From assembly GCA_044342325.1 (NCBI GenBank), contig JBIIPZ010000019.1, positions 1-50,767 on the forward strand: a stretch of 50,767 bases of DNA, written 5' to 3'. The first letter of the stretch is position 1. Every line of letters begins with the position of its first letter. Below the pieces are notes generated by a model. It searched no databases. It was not told the origin of the DNA and was given only the letters and a program-made list of their open reading frames with translations. Position numbers and translations under genes: made by a program. Of this stretch, positions 39,122-48,200 are shown piece after piece. This stretch comes from Terrimicrobiaceae bacterium. GTDB taxonomy: Bacteria; Verrucomicrobiota; Verrucomicrobiia; Chthoniobacterales; Terrimicrobiaceae.

Positions 39122-41238
39122 TGGAAGGCTTCTTGTTGCGGTTGCAGAATTTCGCCTTTGCCTCGAAGCGCTACGGCGACATCTACATTGCCACCATCAT
39201 CGTTTGTGTCATTGCTCTGATGATTGTGCCGATTCCGGCATTCGTCCTGGATACCCTTATCGCAGTGAATCTCGGCATCTCCTGCGTGCTGCTTTTCATG
39301 TCGCTTTACATGAAGAGCGCGCTGGCCTTCTCGACCTTTCCCAGCCTGCTTCTCGTCACGACACTCTTCCGGTTGTCGCTGAATATCACTACCACCCGCA
39401 TGATCCTGGTGGATGGCTACGCCGGCGAAATCATCTACACCTTCGGCAACTTCGTGGTGGCGGGAAATTTCGTCGTGGGCGTGGTGATTTTCCTCATCAT
39501 TCTCATCGTCCAATTTATCGTCATAACAAAAGGCGCCGAGCGTGTGGCTGAGGTCGCGGCGAGGTTCACCCTCGACGCCATGCCCGGCAAGCAGATGAGT
39601 ATCGATGCCGACCTTCGCGCCGGCAACATGACGGTTAAGGACGCCCAGGCCCGCCGCAGCGTCATCGAGAAGGAAAGCCAACTCTTCGGCGCGATGGATG
39701 GTGCCATGAAGTTCGTCAAAGGTGATGCCATCTCCTCGCTGATCATCACAGCCATCAATATTATCGCCGGTATCGCTATCGGCGTTGCCCAAAAGGGCAT
39801 GGCCATCGACAAGGCCGTCACCACCTACTCGATCCTCACCATCGGCGACGGTTTGATTTCCCAGATTCCCGCGCTCCTCATCTCCATTTGCGCGGCCATG
39901 ATCATCACCCGCGCCGGCAGCGAGGACAGCGGCGGGCTTGGTGGCGACATCGTCGAGCAGATCTTTGCCGCACCCAAGGCACTCATTATCGGCGGTATCG
40001 TGGTCTTTGTCATGGGCCTCATCCCTGGCTTTCCCAAGGTTCAGTTTTTCATCCTCGCAGCCGTTATTCTGGCTCTCGGCTTTGCCCTGCAGCGCGCGGC
40101 GGAGAAGATGAAAGGGCGAAGGCGAACCGAGCGCCTCCATGCCGGTGCCGACGGGGCTAAGCCAAGTGCCTCGGCGCCACCCTCCGAGCAGGATGACGAG
40201 GAGGACAGTTCCACCGAATTCTCCATCACCGTCCCCATCATGCTTGAGGTGGATGCTGCCGTGCAGGAGCATGTCACAGCCGACAGGCTGAATTCCGAAC
40301 TCGTTCAGGTCCGCAAGGCCCTCTACCTCGACCTCGGCGTGCCATTCCCCGGCATTTACCTCCGCTTCAATCAAAATCTCCACTCTGGCAAATACCAGAT
40401 CATGCTCCAAGAGGTGCCGATGTCCGATGGAGCCATTCGCCCTGGTTACCTTTATGTCCGCGAGACCGAGGAGAACCTCTCGCTTTTCAATATCCCGTTC
40501 GAGCCCGTCGAGAAGCCGCCAGACCGACGCGCTGCATTCTGGGTGCCTCTGGCTTCTCAGCCGCGTCTCGTCGAGGCCGGTATCGCCTACATGGAGCCGC
40601 CGAAGCTCCTGAGCTTCCACATTTCCCTCGTCCTGCGCCGCTACGCCTCCGATTTCATGGGCCTGCAGGAGACCAAGGGTCTGCTCACCCGCATGGAGAC
40701 CGAGTTTGGAGAGTTGGTGCGCGAGGTGCAGCGGGTCATCCCGCCCCAGCGCATCGCCGAGGTGCTCCAGCGCCTTGTGCAGGAGGACATTTCCGTCCGC
40801 AACCTGCGCCTCATTTTCCAGGCCCTCATCGAGTGGGCGCCGAAGGAGAAGGACACGCTCATCCTCTCCGAGTATGTCCGCATCGCTCTCCGGCGCTATA
40901 TCAGCTACAAATTCAGCGGCGGTCAGAACATTCTCGTCGTCTACCTGCTCGAGCCGCAGACCGAAGAGACCATCCGCAAAGCCATCCGCCAGACCTCCGG
41001 CGGAAGCTTCCTGGCGCTCGACCCCGCCACATCCAAAAAGCTCGTCGACGAGATCAAGGCCAAGGTTGGCGGCGCCCTTCAGCGCGAGCGCACACCTGTC
41101 ATCCTCACCTCCATGGATATCCGCCGCTTCCTTCGCAAGCTCGTGGAACTCGAGCTTCCCGACCTCCCCGTGCTCTCCCACCAGGAACTCACCGAGGAGA
41201 TCAACATACAGCCCCTCGGCCGTATTGGACTGAAATGA
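39121..41238 (+). CDS. sctV: T3SS export gate, LcrD/YscV family
   Basis: FSTFPSLLLVTTLFRLSLNI, FIVITKGAERVAEVAARFTLDAMPGKQMSIDADL, GAMDGAMKFVKGDAI, EYVRIAL.RYIS, VLSHQEL; start at ATG 39121. Confidence 0.95.
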   Translation: MEGFLLRLQNFAFASKRYGDIYIATIIVCVIALMIVPIPAFVLDTLIAVNLGISCVLLFMSLYMKSALAFSTFPSLLLVTTLFRLSLNITTTRMILVDGYAGEIIYTFGNFVVAGNFVVGVVIFLIILIVQFIVITKGAERVAEVAARFTLDAMPGKQMSIDADLRAGNMTVKDAQARRSVIEKESQLFGAMDGAMKFVKGDAISSLIITAINIIAGIAIGVAQKGMAIDKAVTTYSILTIGDGLISQIPALLISICAAMIITRAGSEDSGGLGGDIVEQIFAAPKALIIGGIVVFVMGLIPGFPKVQFFILAAVILALGFALQRAAEKMKGRRRTERLHAGADGAKPSASAPPSEQDDEEDSSTEFSITVPIMLEVDAAVQEHVTADRLNSELVQVRKALYLDLGVPFPGIYLRFNQNLHSGKYQIMLQEVPMSDGAIRPGYLYVRETEENLSLFNIPFEPVEKPPDRRAAFWVPLASQPRLVEAGIAYMEPPKLLSFHISLVLRRYASDFMGLQETKGLLTRMETEFGELVREVQRVIPPQRIAEVLQRLVQEDISVRNLRLIFQALIEWAPKEKDTLILSEYVRIALRRYISYKFSGGQNILVVYLLEPQTEETIRKAIRQTSGGSFLALDPATSKKLVDEIKAKVGGALQRERTPVILTSMDIRRFLRKLVELELPDLPVLSHQELTEEINIQPLGRIGLK

Positions 41239-42323
41239 AAACGCTCGCCCTCTTCCTCTCCGCTTTGCTGTTCGTTGCCGCTCCGCTCCGCGCCGCCGAC
41301 GCCCCTGATATGCTGCGAGTCCTCGCCTATGACCGATCGATCCCGCGCGAGGTGTGTTTGAGTTTTACCGAAAAAACCGGCATCCCCGTCGAAGTCGTTT
41401 CGACTATTTCCAGCATGGAGGCCGCAGATTTTCTCTACCGTAAGAAGGAAGCCTTCGACCTCCTGATCCTATCGAACGATGTTGTGCGGGCCATGCGCGA
41501 CCGCGACCGGCTGGTTCCCTTGAATCTCAAAAAAATCCGCAACATTTCCGAGATCAAGTCCGCCTGGAGCAAGGCTGCGGGCGATGCCCAAGGAAAATTC
41601 CGCATCCCCTTCGATGTCGCCGCCATGGGTATTCTGGTGAACAAGAGTGTGCGGCAGCCTCCTGTGACCGGCTACATGGACGCCTTCCGCAAGCCCCGCC
41701 CCGGTGGAGTGGCTGTGATGACCGACCAGCGCGATTTGCTGGCTGCTGCGCTGCTCTCCCTCGGCGCCTCCGTGAATGAACTCTCCACCGACAATCTGCG
41801 GGCCTCCCGGTCGATTCTGAAGGACTGGCTGCGAAACATCGCCCCCGGTTCCAGTGCTATTTGGAGCAACGATCATGCGGCTGCTTTCAATGCCCTCCGC
41901 AACGACCTCGTCGAGGGTCGTCTCGGTGCCGCGCTGCTCTACAGCGGTGATGCCTACTCACTCATGACGGAGTATCCCGGCCGGTTCGAGTGGATCACTC
42001 CCACCGAAGGCAGTTTGAAATACATGACCGTCCTTGCCATTCCAGCGAGCTCCAACAAAGCCGACGCCGCCCATAAATTCATCGACTTCATCCTCGATCC
42101 CCGCATCGCCGGCGAGCTTGTCACCTCCGCCAGTCCCGGACTCGGACTCAATTTGCCCAAAGAAAAAATCCCGCTGAATTTTTATGGCAACCCGGCCAAC
42201 ATCGAGGCCTCGCAGTTGATGGACGACTTCTCCGTGCAGGCCGACATCACCCGCGAGCCCCGCCAGGAGGTGCTGGACTTGTTTAAGTCCCTCCCCGCGC
42301 CCACGGCCCCGCCTGCCCCGTGA
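41235..42323 (+). CDS. extracellular solute-binding protein, PotD/PotF (polyamine)-like
   Basis: Sec signal peptide; FTEKTGIPVEV, FDLLILS, P.EGS.....VLAIP, AHKFIDFILDP; ATG 41235 overlaps the sctV stop. Confidence 0.8.
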   Translation: MKTLALFLSALLFVAAPLRAADAPDMLRVLAYDRSIPREVCLSFTEKTGIPVEVVSTISSMEAADFLYRKKEAFDLLILSNDVVRAMRDRDRLVPLNLKKIRNISEIKSAWSKAAGDAQGKFRIPFDVAAMGILVNKSVRQPPVTGYMDAFRKPRPGGVAVMTDQRDLLAAALLSLGASVNELSTDNLRASRSILKDWLRNIAPGSSAIWSNDHAAAFNALRNDLVEGRLGAALLYSGDAYSLMTEYPGRFEWITPTEGSLKYMTVLAIPASSNKADAAHKFIDFILDPRIAGELVTSASPGLGLNLPKEKIPLNFYGNPANIEASQLMDDFSVQADITREPRQEVLDLFKSLPAPTAPPAP

Positions 42324-42327
42324 TTTA

Positions 42328-42354
42328 ACCACCGAGGACTCGGAGAACACGGAG
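42328..42354. repeat. 9-nt-period repeat, inverted copy
   Basis: ACCACCGAGGACTCGGAGAACACGGAG; its reverse complement resembles 18958-18984. Confidence 0.6.
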
Positions 42355-42391
42355 GGGAAGAAAATGCTGAAAATTAAAAAACTTCCGAAAT

Positions 42392-42449
42392 GTAGCGCGG
42401 GCGTCCCGCTGCGGATTTGCTTCACTGGCAAGCGAGACGCCATCTCTAC
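42392..42449. repeat. GTAG-type REP-like inverted doublet
   Basis: GTAG...GGCGTCCCGCT and AGCGAGACGCC...CTAC arms (11-bp core with one mismatch). Confidence 0.6.
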
Positions 42450-42496
42450 GATCTGCCTCCGACGATAAGACTCCGATTCTTAAAACTCCAATCCCC

Positions 42497-43414
42497 ATGC
42501 CCGCTGAAAACCAGCAATCGACTCTCATCGAAGCTCCGACTCCCCACCAAGTTGCGGAGCGGATTCTCACGCTCCGCGGGGCTCAAGTCCTGCTCGATCG
42601 CGATTTGGCTGTGTTTTTTGAGGTCAAGCCCATCCGCCTACGCGAGCAGGTGAAAAGGAATGCCAACCGCTTTCCCCCGGACTTCATCTTTCAGCTTGCC
42701 CGCAGCGAGGTTCACGAGCTGGTATCGCAAAATGCGATACCTTCCTCGCGCCACTTGGGAGGCTACCTACCCTATGCCTTTACCGAGGAGGGCGTGGCGG
42801 CGCTCACAGCCGTCTTGCGCAGCGAACGCGCCGTCGCTGTGGGTATCCAGATCATGAGGGCCTTCGTGGCTATGCGTAAATTCATCCTCCACCACGCCAA
42901 GATTTTCGAGCGTCTCGACCAAGTCGAACGTCGCCAAATTTTCTCCGATCACAAGATCGAGGAAATTTTCTCGCTGCTGGAAAGCCACGGCAACCACACC
43001 CCCGCGCAGGGCATCTTTTTCAACGGCCAGATTTTCGATGCCTATGCATTTCTCACCTCTCTCATCCGGAAAGCGAAAAGTTCGATCATTCTTGTGGATA
43101 ATTATGTGGACGAGTCCGTTCTTCTGATGCTTTCGAAGCGGCAGGTATCCACCAGCGCCACCATTTTCACGCGGAAAATCAGTCGCCAACTCGCGTTGGA
43201 TCTCGAAAAGCACAATGCCCAATATCCACCAGTCGCAATCCATCCCCTCGAAGGATTCCACGACCGGTTCCTCATCATTGATAAACATGATCTCTACCAC
43301 CTGGGAGCTTCATTAAAAGACCTCGGAAAACAATGCTTCGCCTTTTCCAAACTCGATTCTTTAGCCTCCGAAGTCCTCTCCCGCTTCCCTGATTCATTAA
43401 ATCTCAGAAATTAA
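42497..43414 (+). CDS. ORF6N domain DNA-binding protein
   Basis: I.TLRGAQVLLDRDLA, QVKRN.NRFP.DF.FQL, PYAFTEEGVA.L..VLRS, IMRAFV; C-terminal FFNGQIFDAY...HDRFLIID. Confidence 0.9.
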   Translation: MPAENQQSTLIEAPTPHQVAERILTLRGAQVLLDRDLAVFFEVKPIRLREQVKRNANRFPPDFIFQLARSEVHELVSQNAIPSSRHLGGYLPYAFTEEGVAALTAVLRSERAVAVGIQIMRAFVAMRKFILHHAKIFERLDQVERRQIFSDHKIEEIFSLLESHGNHTPAQGIFFNGQIFDAYAFLTSLIRKAKSSIILVDNYVDESVLLMLSKRQVSTSATIFTRKISRQLALDLEKHNAQYPPVAIHPLEGFHDRFLIIDKHDLYHLGASLKDLGKQCFAFSKLDSLASEVLSRFPDSLNLRN

Positions 43415-43435
43415 ACAACTACCACCGATCTCAAT

Positions 43436-43753
43436 ATGAAAAAAACCACCACCCTCCTACTCGCAGCGGCCTCATTGTCGCTGCTCACCTCCTGCGCCAC
43501 CAAGCCCGTTCCCGTCGCGCCCGGCTATGTGAATGACAGCGACGACTTCGACAACGACATCCCAAAAAACGAAGTCCCTGCAAATGTCCTCGCCGCTGCC
43601 AAGGCGGAAATCCCCGGATTTGTCCTCACGGAGGCCAACCTCCAGCAACGGGGCGCCACCCGCCTCTTCGAGCTTCAAGGTCGCGCCAACAGCCGCCCCT
43701 ACGAACTCGACATCACGGCCGACGGCCGAGTTCTCCACATCGAGCGCGATTGA
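43436..43753 (+). CDS. lipoprotein with PepSY-like domain
   Basis: Lipobox LTSC; VPANVLAAAK...YELDITADGRVL. Confidence 0.75.
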   Translation: MKKTTTLLLAAASLSLLTSCATKPVPVAPGYVNDSDDFDNDIPKNEVPANVLAAAKAEIPGFVLTEANLQQRGATRLFELQGRANSRPYELDITADGRVLHIERD

Positions 43754-43786
43754 TTTTCAACGCCGGAACTACAGGAGAGAATTACA

Positions 43787-43961
43787 ACCACTTATTACCC
43801 GGATGAGCACGGATATGAAGAAATGAGCACGGGTGCATTCTCGGTGCGAATGGAGCAGGGCAAAAACAAAAACTCTGCAAGCGGGCTTGCCAGATTTTTG
43901 CTTTTTTTCTGCCAATCCCAGCTCGCTGGGATCATCCGTGCCCATCCGAGCAATCCGTGGT
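43787..43961. repeat. 28-bp imperfect inverted repeat pair
   Basis: ACCACTTATTACCCGGATGAGCACGGAT (43787-43814) and ATCCGTGCCCATCCGAGCAATCCGTGGT (43934-43961); 23 of 28 positions complementary. Confidence 0.7.
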
Positions 43962-44008
43962 CAAACCCTGCTTCGCTAAAATCTGAAAAACTTCCTCTGT
44001 GCTCTTTG

Positions 44009-44082
44009 ACTCGCTCGCTCGGTCGCCCTTCGGGCCAACCTTTGGTTGCTCTTCATGAAAGGCTCCCCAGCCTTTTCGGTTG
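44009..44082. mobile_element. 74-bp structured insertion (MITE-like) splitting a 27-bp repeat
   Basis: Removing 44009-44082 restores CTCTGTGCTCTTTG|TGTCCTCTGTGGT, which matches 18958-18984 at 23 of 27 positions; the insert carries three hairpins. Confidence 0.6.
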
Positions 44083-44207
44083 TGTCCTCTGTGGTAAAAA
44101 CCTGTGCTCAAACCCCGCTTGAACAAAACAACTATATGGTTGTCGAAGGTGGTTCGATTTCCGTAAAACCTTCCCCAGAATAAAACCAAATACATATACC
44201 CAAAACC

Positions 44208-44549
44208 ATGAAAACACTAAAAACCCTGCTCCTCGTCACCTCCGCCGCCCTGCTCGCCGCCTGCGCCTCCACGAAGGACTGCGGAAGCTGCCCCACAAAG
44301 CAGAAAGCCGCCTGCTCGACCAGCACATCCTGCAGCACTGGCACATCCTGCTCCACGAAGCCCTGCGCCGTCCCGGCCAATATCCTCGCCGCTGCCAAGT
44401 CCAGCGTGCCCGGATTCGCTATGACCTCGTATGACACCGATACCGACAGCGGCCGCAAAGTCTATGATCTCGACGGCACCGCGAACGGCCGCCAGTGCGA
44501 GATCAAAGTGGACGCCAACGGCAAGGTCCTCAAAATCGATCGCGACTAA
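44208..44549 (+). CDS. lipoprotein with Cys-rich linker and PepSY-like domain; paralog of 43436..43753
   Basis: Lipobox LAAC; VPANILAAAK...EIKVDANGKVLKIDRD. Confidence 0.75.
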   Translation: MKTLKTLLLVTSAALLAACASTKDCGSCPTKQKAACSTSTSCSTGTSCSTKPCAVPANILAAAKSSVPGFAMTSYDTDTDSGRKVYDLDGTANGRQCEIKVDANGKVLKIDRD

Positions 44550-44656
44550 CTCCAAAAATCAACCAGCGGGGCCTGCAAAATCCGCACCTCGGCCTTTCAG
44601 AGCCCCGCTTTTTCCCACCGCCACCTGACCAACTTCCCACCCACTCTTTCCTGACA

Positions 44657-44790
44657 CTGAAAACTCAACCCTGAAACCTGAAAACTTCCTAAACTTAATT
44701 GCTGAAACGCCATTCCACTCTTCAAGCCGCCTTCGACAGACCATCTCCACTTCACTCCAATTCTTAAAACTTAATTTTTAAAACTTAAAA
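44657..44790. repeat. degenerate heptamer tandem repeats (CTGAAAA / CTTAAAA)
   Basis: Four units at 44657-44684 and four units at 44763-44790. Confidence 0.6.
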
Positions 44791-44802
44791 CCCCACACAG
44801 CC

Positions 44803-45225
44803 ATGAACAAAATCACATCCCAAGAAGTCACTATCGCCCTCGACGAACTCCGCCAAGTTCTCGGAAAAACCGTTGAACTCAACGAAAACGGAGCCTGTTA
44901 TCTGAACTACCAAGACGAACTCCCTTTATTGATCCAATACCTCGAGGAGGAGAGTAGGCTTGTGTTGGGCGCGGAATTCCTCGGTAACCTCGAGAACGCT
45001 CCTGGCGAGGACTGGCTTGCCGCGCTTTCTTGGAATTGGATGGGCATCCAGAGTCACGGTTGCGCGCTGTCTCCGGACTTCAAGTCCGGCACCATTCTTA
45101 TCTGGCGCGATGTTCGCACCTCGCCACTCAGCGGCGAAGGCCTCGCGGGGGAACTCGCCGATTTCCTTTCGCATGTCTTGATCTCCAAAAAAGCGTTTGC
45201 TGAGGCTTCTCTCGCCGCGAACTAA
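44803..45225 (+). CDS. class I T3SS effector chaperone (CesT/SycE-like)
   Basis: Small acidic 140-aa protein; L..LG..VELNENGACYL.Y, AL.WNW.G....G.ALS.D...G.IL.W. Confidence 0.8.
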   Translation: MNKITSQEVTIALDELRQVLGKTVELNENGACYLNYQDELPLLIQYLEEESRLVLGAEFLGNLENAPGEDWLAALSWNWMGIQSHGCALSPDFKSGTILIWRDVRTSPLSGEGLAGELADFLSHVLISKKAFAEASLAAN

Positions 45226-45249
45226 CGAAACCCTTCGCCTACACGAACC

Positions 45250-48200
45250 ATGACTTCTCTTACAAAAATCGAGCAATTTTCCGCCTCCAAGCCCGCCTTG
45301 GACGGCGTGAACGCCCCTCTTCCGAAAGCCCCGCTTTCTATCAAGAGCCATGATTTCCAGTCACTTCAGATCAGTTCAAAGTTCTGCAAAATCGAAGAGG
45401 CGACAGTCCAGAACCGCTTAAAACTCGGTAAAGTTGAAGAGCAGACCGAAAAGAAAAAACTCGATCAATTGCACAAGGTTACCTTGGCAATGAAAAACGA
45501 GAACACTCCGGCCTCGATGAAGAAGTTTTTTTCGAATGCTTGGACCTCGGTTAAGGACTCGAAGGTCGGAAGGTTTTTTACCAGAAATATCATTCCAAAG
45601 TTTACGACCACTGAGATTTCAGAGACCCAAGTCCAAGCCAATGTGGATGCAAACAGCAAGAAAACCACTCTTGAGATCAAACTTAAGGGCAAAACCTCGG
45701 AATTGGATGAGCAAGGGCAGTGGCAAGAAAAGGACATGGATTCCGACGATTCCAAGATCGTGGTGGAATACGATCGGCTTCGGGGATCCAAATGGACGGA
45801 AAGGCTTAAGGCCTGGTGGAAAAATGAGCCCGCGCCCCCCGAACCTCTGCAAATCGCCCTTAAAGCCCAAGAGGACATGACTCGCCAAGCCCGCTTGAGG
45901 AATTGTGGCATTGGCTTCAAGGCCGAGTCGACCTACAAGCAATCTCATCCAGGCTACCTCGCTATACTACAGAGGCCAACGAAACTTAAGCTCAGCGACT
46001 TCAGTGTTGAGGAGTTGAAAAGGTTGCAAACTGAAAACTCGCCTGAAGGTAGCCAGCAATTGGAATCAGCCATTGCAAATCGGGAACAAGTTGATCGCTT
46101 GAAAAGCGAGATTAAAGAACCGGGCATTAAAAAGTCGGACCGAAAGCAACTGCAAGCCCAGCTCAAGGAAATTGAAGGCAATGCGCAAACTCTCGGTTCC
46201 CTCAAAAAGTTGGTTCTCCAATCCGAACTCGAGCGAATTCGTGCTGTGGATAATTTGTGCGGGCAAGATTCCTTCACCTCGACCCAGCGCGATAATCTTG
46301 ATAACCTCCAAAATGCTCTTAGCGATGATAATAACGATGCGCTGGACTCGGCACTCCTTAATTCGGGAGCGGAGCTTGGGGAGATGTCCCTCATGGTCGA
46401 TGCCGCACTTCGCAGGGAAGGGGACTTCAACAAAAACCTCCAAACCCTTCTCTTGGGTGAAAAGCATGGCATTCTGCCGAGAAGTGTCATCTCCTCACCC
46501 TGGTTTTTCAGTCCCGGAGCAGCTATCCATTTGGCAGAAAATATCGATAAACTCGCCGTTATTCCCAAGGTTGATCTAACCCCAGGACAGAATACTTTCA
46601 TCGCAAATATAACTGAGAAGCAGCCGGTTGCCAGTCTTGAGCTCAACAAGCAAGAGCCCAACCTGCAGCAGGATTTGAAGGAATTGGGCGATGTCTTCAG
46701 AGAGCTCGCAGCCAATAAAAAAGCAATGTATCGCTTCCAAGGGTTGATGTTTGCTTTGGCTGGTAACAATGCGGATCAAATAAAAACGGGCTTGATTGAT
46801 CAGATTCATGACGGAATGCAGGTAGCAACGGGTCTAAATGATTCAGGTGCGAATGCCTACAAAACAGCATTGGGCACTGTCCTCCTCGCTGGAGGAGCCA
46901 TTCAAGCGGCTCGGGGGAAATTGAAATCTGCTGCCGTTCTCGGATTATTCGGCGGCGGAGCAGTGGCATTGGGTGGCCCAAATAAAGAAACCACAAAAGT
47001 TCGTGCGCGCACCGGGATGATGGTCGACGCCCTCCTCGCAGGCATGAATGCTGGCACGCTGGACCATGTCGTAAAGGCAAATAAGATTATGGCTGATATC
47101 AAAGCCGATGAGACAGCCAAAGAATGGGTGAATCAACAAATCGGCAATGTTCCGGAGGATGGTCAAAATGTTACCGGTATCCTTGGCGATTCCCACAAAA
47201 TTGACACTCTGGAGAAAATCGACTCCACTATTTCTGACTTTGAGAAATTCAGAGAAAATGACTTCCAGGGGGAGGCGAGCCGTGCCGACCTTCTGGGTAA
47301 GATGGAGAAAGAGATTAAAGATAAGATCGATACCTTGAAACCTCTTGAGGGTTCGATCCAAACGAGACAACAGAGCTTGGGTGAACTTGGAACCGGGTTG
47401 AACCCTCTCCAAGTTGGAGTGAAGGTTCATGATGAGTTGAAGTTGGACCGAGAGGACGCACCTTTGGAAATACAAGTGGCCGATGAGTTGCGGACGGCAA
47501 ACAAGGAAAATCTCGAGCAAACCCAAGCGCTGGTTGGTTCGCTAACCATTCTTAAATCGGCATTTGCAGGGGGTGGAGAGGTGCGGGAATCAATTACCTC
47601 GATCGAAGGGAAGTTGGTAGATCTCCTCAAAACGGATGCTTCGAAGTTGGATGAACAGAAGATTAAAGATATCTCTGCCGAAATCGAGAAAGTGCGCAGC
47701 GCTATTTCGAGTTATGCCGACAAGTTGACATTTAGCCATGCCGCTGTTCTTAACAAGGTGGTGGATGCCTTGGATGAAAATGCAGGGCGCATCGTTGGTA
47801 TGAAATTGGCCATGAATCGAATAGCCGCAGCTTTTTCTAAGGCGGACGACACCTATTTAAGCGACGGTGGATTTCAGAGCGATTTAGAACTCCTTGAGAA
47901 GGAGTTGGTAAATGCCAGTGAAGGCGGCAAGCAAAATCTGGCCCTCTTTAAAGAGAAGGAAACTGCCGCTGCGGCCAAACAAATCTTGGAGCCATTCCTT
48001 AAGGATGCGACAGAAGCTCAAAAGTCTTGGAATGACTTTAAGACATTCCGTAATGAACTGCAACGGTATCCAGGCGATAGGCAATCCATGAACCTGGTGC
48101 TATCAGCTCTCCCAGCCAGCAAGAATGGAATGCTCACGGCTGCCGAGGGATTAAAGACTTTTGCAGACAAGCACGCCGAGCCCGCAGGCGTGGAGTCGGA

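Noticed and set aside
38923..41181. 752-aa minus-strand ORF
   Set aside because: Lies antisense to sctY/sctV, which carry the conserved motifs; a codon-bias shadow.
11370..41234. Long N-terminal extensions in the track for the PH protein, aat, aldo/keto reductase, ndk, gnd, EVE, sctX, sctV and the PotD-like gene
   Set aside because: The extensions overlap neighbouring genes or precede the family's normal N-terminus; downstream ATG starts were used.
39121..41238. Flagellar FlhA interpretation
   Set aside because: The neighbours are SctW, SycN, SctX and SctY-like genes and no flagellar genes are present.
42324..44800. CRISPR array
   Set aside because: The repeats are degenerate, inverted or short-period, with no regular repeat-spacer pattern and no cas genes.
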